Assembly: GCA_038820405.1 (NCBI GenBank)
Contig: JAWAXL010000001.1
Location: 1,208-65,207 of the forward strand
Origin: Candidatus Bathyarchaeia archaeon
GTDB taxonomy: Archaea; Thermoproteota; Bathyarchaeia; Bathyarchaeales; DTEX01
Direction of reading: 5' to 3'
DNA: 64,000 nucleotides
Shown: positions 57,776-64,000 of the stretch, piece after piece
How positions within the stretch are numbered: the first letter of the stretch is position 1
Layout of the letters: each line of letters starts with the position of its first letter
Translations under genes and position numbers: made by a program
Notes under the pieces: model-generated
What the model was told of the DNA's origin: nothing
The model's database searches: none
Seen by the model: only the letters and a program-made list of their open reading frames with translations

Positions 57776-58585
57776 TTACGGATTCTCCCCCTCCCTCCTC
57801 TCAGCGGCCCTCTGGATCCTCTCCATGACATGCTTTGGCAGGGCTATATCCTCCCTCCGCATCTCCACCGGTCCGAGTATGGTCAGCCCCCTGCCCGGGA
57901 GAATCATTATCTCATGTAATTGTAGGCTGTGGTTTGTCTGCCTCATCTTCTCAATTAAGATATAGCGCCTTAGGACACCATCCCTAACAAACCTCCTAAA
58001 CCTTATTATTCCATCGGCTATGTGCTCGACGCCCCAGCCGAATGCCTCAGATGTTGTTATAGCGTACTGCGATGTCGCCATAATAGTGAAGTCCCACTTT
58101 GAGAGAACCTTCTTCACGAAGTATGAGTATCTCCTAGCCATAGCGGGCTTATCTAGCCAGAACGCTGATAAAGAATCTATTACTAGGCGTGCCCTACCAT
58201 AGCCTAAAGCCTTCTTAGCCTCGATAACCTTATTCACGAGCTCCTCAACATCTAGGCTCTGGAGAGACCACTCATCCTGACGCCCCATCAAAGCATCAAT
58301 TATCACAATCCTCTTTTGAGAGATTCCTGTTGAAAAGTCGAAGCCGAACTGGGCTGCCTGTGTAATGATTGACTCCCTACTCTCCTCCGTAGTAACATAT
58401 ATGCACTTATCCCCCTCATTAACGCCCTGGGCAACAAAATGTATACATAATATTGTTTTTCCGGTTCCAGGTTCACCAGTAATGGCTACCATAAAACCCT
58501 TAGGTATACCGCCCTCAAGCATAGCATCTAAGTCTGGAACGCCAGTTGACAAACGCTCAATATGCATTAATTCTCCAGCCCTCAA
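57776..58585 (-). CDS. single-domain KaiC/RecA-superfamily ATPase
   Basis: STGVPDLDAMLEGGIP, Walker A GEPGTGKT, Walker B RLVIDSLSAF. 269 aa. Confidence 0.85.
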   Translation of the reverse strand: MRAGELMHIERLSTGVPDLDAMLEGGIPKGFMVAITGEPGTGKTILCIHFVAQGVNEGDKCIYVTTEESRESIITQAAQFGFDFSTGISQKRIVIIDALMGRQDEWSLQSLDVEELVNKVIEAKKALGYGRARLVIDSLSAFWLDKPAMARRYSYFVKKVLSKWDFTIMATSQYAITTSEAFGWGVEHIADGIIRFRRFVRDGVLRRYILIEKMRQTNHSLQLHEIMILPGRGLTILGPVEMRREDIALPKHVMERIQRAAERREGENP

Positions 58586-58606
58586 AAATAGTCTATATAA
58601 ACAAAA

Positions 58607-59230
58607 TTAATAATTGTAGTGCTGAAATAATCCGGGCTTTATATTCAAATATACTAGTGGCCCCCTCTCCCTAGATAATCTTATGATTCTTGAGCTAACT
58701 GCATTATAGATGCTTAGCGGGTCTAAGGCTACGACGCTATCTTTATCGGTTCTTTGTAGGCGTCTTGCTATCTCCTCAATTACAAGGTTATCGGCTATGA
58801 ACTCCGTCATGCAGATCTCGACGTGCTCCACGAGCTTCTTAATAACCATGCTCCTCAACTCATCCCTCCACTCCATCTCCTGCAGAATCCTCCTAGCCCT
58901 CTTAACCCTCTCAACATGATCCCTCGGCTCCTCAAACTTCGTTAAAAGTATTCTGACGCGCTCCTTCCACTTCCTAAGCCACATACTAGCCCAAAAGCTC
59001 AACGAGGTTTTGAAGTTATTCGGGTTCTCCCTAAGTATATCCTCAACCTTCCTATAAATCTCTCTGGAGTCATCGATACCCATCTTAACCCTCAGCCATG
59101 TCTCTAAATCTTTCGAGGAATAGGCAACCATCTGATAGTCCGTGGTATATGGTTTAAACTGAGGAATGAAGGACTCAAACTCCTTAGCCAGAAGCGAGAA
59201 TAATCTGCTCCGAATGTTCACAGCACTCAT
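58607..59230 (-). CDS. helical hypothetical protein co-transcribed with KaiC-like ATPase
   Basis: 207-aa ORF, 21 nt upstream of the KaiC-like gene on the same strand. No motif recognised. Confidence 0.45.
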   Translation of the reverse strand: MSAVNIRSRLFSLLAKEFESFIPQFKPYTTDYQMVAYSSKDLETWLRVKMGIDDSREIYRKVEDILRENPNNFKTSLSFWASMWLRKWKERVRILLTKFEEPRDHVERVKRARRILQEMEWRDELRSMVIKKLVEHVEICMTEFIADNLVIEEIARRLQRTDKDSVVALDPLSIYNAVSSRIIRLSRERGPLVYLNIKPGLFQHYNY

Positions 59231-59311
59231 TCAGGTACACTCACACATTATTCTTTATACTCCAAAACATAGATTTAAAAGTTGCTCGAAGCAGTCTCGT
59301 AGAGTCCCTGT

Positions 59312-60226
59312 TTAACGGAGGTTACTGGGTAAATCGGTTAGTCTTGGAAATCCGTCCCTAGCTCCCATCTTTGTTAAGCATCTTGAGGCTACAAAGTTTC
59401 CTAGGATACCACAATCTCTTAGGCTTTTCCCCCTAAGAAGCCCATAAATAAATCCGGCGCAGAAAGCATCCCCTGCCCCAGTCGTATCAACAACCTCGGT
59501 CTTAAATGGCTCGATTAAATGGCTCTCTGATCCATCTGTAACATAGCAGCCTCTCTCCCCTAGCTTCACGGCAATAATTTTTACGCCCTCTCTTAAGATA
59601 ACTTTAACACCCCTCTCATAATTTTCCTCACCTGTTAAGAGTCGTAGCTCCTCCTCATTCGGTAGAAACACATAACTCCTCCTAATTATTGGCTTGAGGG
59701 CATCCAGTCCCCTCCGAGCATGTATTATTCCAGGATCAAATGTCACCTTAACACCCTTGGGAAGAACCTCTAGAAGCCTCCTCTGCGCCTCAAAGGGGGA
59801 TGAGCCGGCGAATGAAGTTAAATGTAGAATTCTAACACCTCTAACATAATCAACATTAATCTCATTAAACTCTAATGTATTGTTTACCCCTGGATCTAAA
59901 TATAATGCTCTATTACCCGTTTGATCAACGAAGCCTATAACTGCCCCGCTCTTACCCATCTTAGAGATTATTATCCCACTGACATCCACACCCTCATCTA
60001 TAAAGGATTTAATTAGGAGTCTCCCCTCCCTATCGTCCGCAACCTTACCAATATAGCCAACCCTAACGCCAAGCCTCGCCAAACCCACAGCAGTATTGGC
60101 AGCCGACCCGCCCGGCGACTCCCTGAAATCAAGTATTATGCTCTCCTCATCGGCTCCAGCCAACTTATCAACCCTATAGAGCTTATCCATGTTCAGGGCT
60201 CCAAAACAGACAACTTCTAGGCTCAT
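59312..60226 (-). CDS. PfkB-family sugar/nucleoside kinase
   Basis: N-terminal [15 protein letters not shown] and C-terminal [18 protein letters not shown] signatures. The ATG overlaps the Ftr-like stop (4 nt). Confidence 0.85.
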   Translation of the reverse strand: MSLEVVCFGALNMDKLYRVDKLAGADEESIILDFRESPGGSAANTAVGLARLGVRVGYIGKVADDREGRLLIKSFIDEGVDVSGIIISKMGKSGAVIGFVDQTGNRALYLDPGVNNTLEFNEINVDYVRGVRILHLTSFAGSSPFEAQRRLLEVLPKGVKVTFDPGIIHARRGLDALKPIIRRSYVFLPNEEELRLLTGEENYERGVKVILREGVKIIAVKLGERGCYVTDGSESHLIEPFKTEVVDTTGAGDAFCAGFIYGLLRGKSLRDCGILGNFVASRCLTKMGARDGFPRLTDLPSNLR

Positions 60227-61155
60227 GAAAGTGTCTCCCTTAAATATATTTTATATTTGCCAAGCCTACCACCGTAATTTCCAGCGGAGATTCTCACAAC
60301 GCCCTTGACTGAGGAGGCGGCTTCTATCCCAGCCCTCATAGCCTCCTTAACTGAGTCTAATGTAAGTCCATTTATCACTATTTCTGGGATGTACCGTACG
60401 CCCTCAGGAACTTTTGATTCAAGACCGAGCTTACTCTTTAGTGAGGGGCAGTAGGGATGGTTTGTTGTCGGGCCTATATGTGGGAATCTTGTCTCCGGCT
60501 TCGAGCCTGCTGAGCATATATCAAATGGAGTAATAACTCCATGAACTTGGCTTATAGCCCTTAAAGCTTTTTTCCCAGCCTTAAGCACAGCTCTCTTCGT
60601 TCGGCACATATACCAGAAATTCCCGCCCATAACACCCCGCCCATAGCCTAAATAACGCTCAATCTTAAAGTCCGGAACCATTATTGGAACTATTATTATT
60701 TCTCGGCCATATAGGTTCTCAGTCCACTCGTATCCGTCACCACAGTGCCCAATAAATTCCATTGTATCAACCTTACCTATTGGGTTTGGGCATGAATTGA
60801 AGACTGCTGTGAAGGGCTTAACAAGAATATCTTGCCTAACCCTATAAGAGAACTCCCTGTAGAATCTTCTCACAACATCATCAAGAGGCTTTCTCTCATC
60901 TATTCCACTCCAGAACTGTAGTATGACGCCGGGCCGCCCATCAGGGGTCTCTGCTCTAGGAACCCACCGCTCTATACCACCCTCTATACGGCCTATCACC
61001 GTAGAGGGTGTGGCGGTAGCATCCTCAGCAGCTTTCCTGAGAGTCCACATGTCATCAGCAGTGACGAGTATCCTAAAATATAGGCCATCAAAAGCCTCGG
61101 CATAAATATCCTCAATTAGAACGCTCAAACCTGTCACCGAAAAATAAAGCATCAA
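60223..61155 (-). CDS. formylmethanofuran:tetrahydromethanopterin formyltransferase (Ftr) family protein
   Basis: [52 protein letters not shown] and [17 protein letters not shown] align along the whole length with canonical Ftr, as I recall it from Methanopyrus. Confidence 0.85.
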   Translation of the reverse strand: MMLYFSVTGLSVLIEDIYAEAFDGLYFRILVTADDMWTLRKAAEDATATPSTVIGRIEGGIERWVPRAETPDGRPGVILQFWSGIDERKPLDDVVRRFYREFSYRVRQDILVKPFTAVFNSCPNPIGKVDTMEFIGHCGDGYEWTENLYGREIIIVPIMVPDFKIERYLGYGRGVMGGNFWYMCRTKRAVLKAGKKALRAISQVHGVITPFDICSAGSKPETRFPHIGPTTNHPYCPSLKSKLGLESKVPEGVRYIPEIVINGLTLDSVKEAMRAGIEAASSVKGVVRISAGNYGGRLGKYKIYLRETLS

Positions 61156-61362
61156 TAAAAATTATATAATGAATGGCTAACGCTCTGCTCTACTGGATAT
61201 TATTTCTTTTTCTCCTCTTCTTCCTTCTTTTCCTTACCCTTCTTCCGCTTTGATATGCAGCAGCTTGGCAAAACCATCACCTAAAATATCTTCAGAGCTG
61301 AAGGTGTTATTTTAATATTTTCTGTCTAAAAACTTTGATGTTTAAGTACTGATGGCAGCATA

Positions 61363-62439
61363 TTAGCCTAGAGATCCTATAGTCTCCCCTCTAACCGTCT
61401 TCCTAAAGGCTGTACTCTCATGTATTAGGCGCTCCATGTTTTCTGGGGTTATTCTCTCAACCCATGGGGCCTTATCGGGGTAGAGCTTTTTAAGGCGCTC
61501 CAATAGACTGGGGTCACAATATCCCTCTAGGGAGGATATATCCCATTCCTCAGATAAGCTGAGCACATGCTCCTTACCATACCTCCTAAACTGCTCAGCT
61601 AATACAGCTAAAATAATAGCATCATGCGACATGATTGCTACCTCAGCCTCTCTAATGGCATATTGGTTTCCATTAAATGAGATTGTTAATCCACCGCCAC
61701 CCCTAACCAGCCTAAATGGTTCCACATCAGTTATGCTATCGCCAACATAGATGACTGATGATAGCCTACCATGTAATAACGAGACTATCTCCTCAACAGC
61801 CCTAGCCTTCTCATATCCACCAATAGGATTCACTTCTATAAGCGCTCTACCTATCTTCATATTTATTATTTCTTCCCAGAAAATTTTATCAAGACGCCTA
61901 ATAATCTCCTGCGTTTTTACTGGAAGATCCTCAAACGACTTTGCCCTTGTAGGGATCTCTATCATCGACATATTAACTATCTCTTCCTTTAGAGCTTTTA
62001 TTCTCTCCACCTCATCCTTAGGCACCTCAAACCTATCTATATTTATTCTCGTGCAATAGACATTCTTCCTCGGGAAATCTATGGCCTTGCAGAGGGTGTC
62101 TATATAAGGCTCATAGCTTGTGCTTATAATAAAGGCTGGCATAATTGAACGAATGTAACGTAGCGTCTCAGCGGCTCCCGGTATCAATAGTAGCGTCTCT
62201 GAGGAGAAGTATCTTATGAGATCATTTGTCGCACCATAGGCCCTCAGAAACGGAATTATTAGCTTAAGTGTATCTCCAGCCTTATATCCAGGTCTCTTAA
62301 TAATATCTGCTAGAACATCATCATACCTACTTATTATGGTAAAGAGCCTATTGCCATCGGGTATAAACCAGCTCGTGAGTTCGAATGCATTATCATTTTT
62401 TGAGACTGGTCCCTCACAGTCAGTTATGTATATTGCCAT
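61363..62439 (-). CDS. HAD-superfamily phosphatase-like protein (EhaR-like)
   Basis: N-terminal IYITDCEGPVSKNDNAFE (HAD motif I variant D-x-E) and late YVGDSITD (motif IV). From memory it resembles proteins annotated as energy-converting hydrogenase A subunit R. Confidence 0.55.
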   Translation of the reverse strand: MAIYITDCEGPVSKNDNAFELTSWFIPDGNRLFTIISRYDDVLADIIKRPGYKAGDTLKLIIPFLRAYGATNDLIRYFSSETLLLIPGAAETLRYIRSIMPAFIISTSYEPYIDTLCKAIDFPRKNVYCTRINIDRFEVPKDEVERIKALKEEIVNMSMIEIPTRAKSFEDLPVKTQEIIRRLDKIFWEEIINMKIGRALIEVNPIGGYEKARAVEEIVSLLHGRLSSVIYVGDSITDVEPFRLVRGGGGLTISFNGNQYAIREAEVAIMSHDAIILAVLAEQFRRYGKEHVLSLSEEWDISSLEGYCDPSLLERLKKLYPDKAPWVERITPENMERLIHESTAFRKTVRGETIGSLG

Positions 62440-63860
62440 TGAATTCCCTTCCTCAAAGCCTCCATGTGCTTTATGCTGCGCCCAATGTGCTCTTTTGAGG
62501 CTATGTCATTTCTATACCATAGTGCTCCACCCTTAATAGCCCTTATGCCCTCCATCGCTATCTCTCGAGCACTTTGTATGTCATCGGCTATTCCCAGTAC
62601 TGCAACAGCCCTAGAAGACAACGCGTAGCTCTTACCATCCTCACGGAGCTCCATGGAGCCAGGATAAATCCTGATATTATCACCATACTTCTCTGAGAGC
62701 TTCTCAGCATTCTCTAGGATAACTGGTGTTCCTATTTCGTCCCTCTTAACCAAGTGTGGGGAGAATTTTATGTATTCGCCGTATGTTGGTGGAACCTTAT
62801 AGACAACCACCGCAGCCCTACTCTCGACATTTATATGGGTCAGCGTCCCCTCAATCATTCTAAAGCAGATGTCAACAAAGTCATCCTTCAAGAGGGCTAA
62901 TATAGGTATTATCTCCGGATCTCCAGGCCTACTATTATTCTCCAGTATCATTGGTCCCCTACCAGTATGTATGAAGGCCTCATAGAAAGGCATTCCACGC
63001 AGATTTGGATTTGATCCATCGCCCTTAAGTCTCTCAAAGATCCTCTCAATAATTTTCTTCTCCTTCTCCCAGTCCTCAGTCCTCATGAAGGGTAAGATAT
63101 ACCACCTATCCTTATATGTCCCCATCCCACCAGTATTCGGCCCCCTGTCCCCTTCAAAGGCCCTCTTATAATCCCTTGTCTCAGGAAGGGGGACAATGTG
63201 CTTTCCATCGCAGAATGCTTGGAAGCTCGACTCCTCACCCTCAATCTTCTCCTCAACTACAACTGGACCTACCTTAAAGTTCGCTAGGAAGTGTTCTAGG
63301 AGTTCCTCGCGAGTGTTAAAGTGGTCTCCCCAGACGCCAACGCCCTTACCAGCAGCCGGGGCATCTGGCTTAACAGCCACCTTATTGTCGAGTTCGTCAA
63401 GCCACTTATATAGGTTCCTCTTAACATCCTCTATACTGCTATAATCCTTAGGGTCAAACACTTTAAACTTCGGGTTAACCTCGGGGGCAACCTCTTGGAA
63501 GAGGATCCTCTGTAGAACCTTGCTCCTCTCAAGAGCATATTCCCTTGTAGGACATATCATTGGTATGCCAAGCCTGCCCTCAATTAAGTCCCTTATTCCC
63601 TCAATTATTGGTTTTTCAGGACCAACTATACCGAAGTCTATCTCATCCTTACGTTTTTCTGCAAATTTATATATGGCATTAACGTTAAGATCGGGTATTA
63701 CAACATGATCCTCAGCTCTACGGACATTAAAGGGGTTCCTCTGTCTATCAGCAATATATAAATCAACCTTATATTTACCGCTTCTTGCAAAGGCGTCAAC
63801 CATGGCAGCCTCCCTAGAACCATAAGAAATAACAAGAATTCCAACCCGCTCCATAAACAC
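62424..63860 (-). CDS. purD: phosphoribosylamine-glycine ligase (PurD) family ATP-grasp enzyme
   Basis: VISYGSREAAM, AAGKGV, EEKIEGEESSFQAF, GPNTGGMGTY, ENNSRPGDPE. At 478 aa it is somewhat longer than typical PurD. A 16-nt overlap with the downstream HAD gene. Confidence 0.8.
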   Translation of the reverse strand: MFMERVGILVISYGSREAAMVDAFARSGKYKVDLYIADRQRNPFNVRRAEDHVVIPDLNVNAIYKFAEKRKDEIDFGIVGPEKPIIEGIRDLIEGRLGIPMICPTREYALERSKVLQRILFQEVAPEVNPKFKVFDPKDYSSIEDVKRNLYKWLDELDNKVAVKPDAPAAGKGVGVWGDHFNTREELLEHFLANFKVGPVVVEEKIEGEESSFQAFCDGKHIVPLPETRDYKRAFEGDRGPNTGGMGTYKDRWYILPFMRTEDWEKEKKIIERIFERLKGDGSNPNLRGMPFYEAFIHTGRGPMILENNSRPGDPEIIPILALLKDDFVDICFRMIEGTLTHINVESRAAVVVYKVPPTYGEYIKFSPHLVKRDEIGTPVILENAEKLSEKYGDNIRIYPGSMELREDGKSYALSSRAVAVLGIADDIQSAREIAMEGIRAIKGGALWYRNDIASKEHIGRSIKHMEALRKGIQWQYT

Positions 63861-63961
63861 TCGCCAAAATAAGCTAAGTATCGTCCCCCTATTAGAAAAT
63901 TCCTAAGTTGAGTAATTTTTTTAACGTAGTTAATTATAAAAAGAGTGCTAGGAGAAAAGTT

Positions 63962-64000
63962 ATGAATAATCCACCTGCGATAATTGGTATTGGTAGGACC
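63962..64000 (+). CDS. start of an unidentified gene running off the right edge
   Basis: ATG 63962 lies 7 nt after AGGAG. MNNPPAIIGIGRT.. Only 13 codons are visible. Confidence 0.25.
   Translation, partial: MNNPPAIIGIGRT

Overview
The window is an archaeal chromosome segment. Evidence: PolD DP1 and DP2, Orc1/Cdc6 beside ORB repeats, Elf1, L21e, Rpo4/F, Pus10, GGGP synthase, and an intron-containing tRNA-Phe. A TACK/Thermoproteota-like lineage such as Bathyarchaeia is my inference only, resting on Elf1 plus PolD plus an Ftr/F420 gene. It falls into three blocks.

(1) 1-24 kb is an accessory catabolic island. It holds acyl-CoA dehydrogenases, a DUF35+SCP-x-type thiolase pair, and an enoate/2,4-dienoyl-CoA-reductase-type flavoenzyme. 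It also holds a cytoplasmic molybdopterin oxidoreductase, two paralogous FAD-flavoprotein+ferredoxin pairs, an M24-fold hydrolase and two amidohydrolase_2 paralogs (one with degenerate active-site motifs). Transporters are one MFS, one DMT and three sodium:solute-symporter paralogs. Each symporter is accompanied by two unannotated ~36-44 aa membrane micro-ORFs.

(2) 24-53 kb is core informational and central-metabolic. It contains the L21e-Rpo4-DUF655-KsgA cluster, class II RNR, a bacterial-type gap-pgk pair, and the elf1-GGGPS-Zn-ribbon-DP2 string. A clear oriC (three ORB elements around an AT-rich DUE) lies next to orc1/cdc6 and DP1. Three small DNA-binding proteins with GTGA-N2-TCAC operator arrays flank it. 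The block also has cofD coupled to a nitroreductase and an AEP primase-like gene.

(3) 53-64 kb has secreted/surface proteins, a KaiC-like ATPase pair, and a tight PurD-like / HAD(EhaR-like) / Ftr-like / PfkB-kinase cluster of unknown collective function.

I recognised no rRNA, CRISPR array, transposase or integrase. All family calls come from motif recognition by eye; no searches were run.
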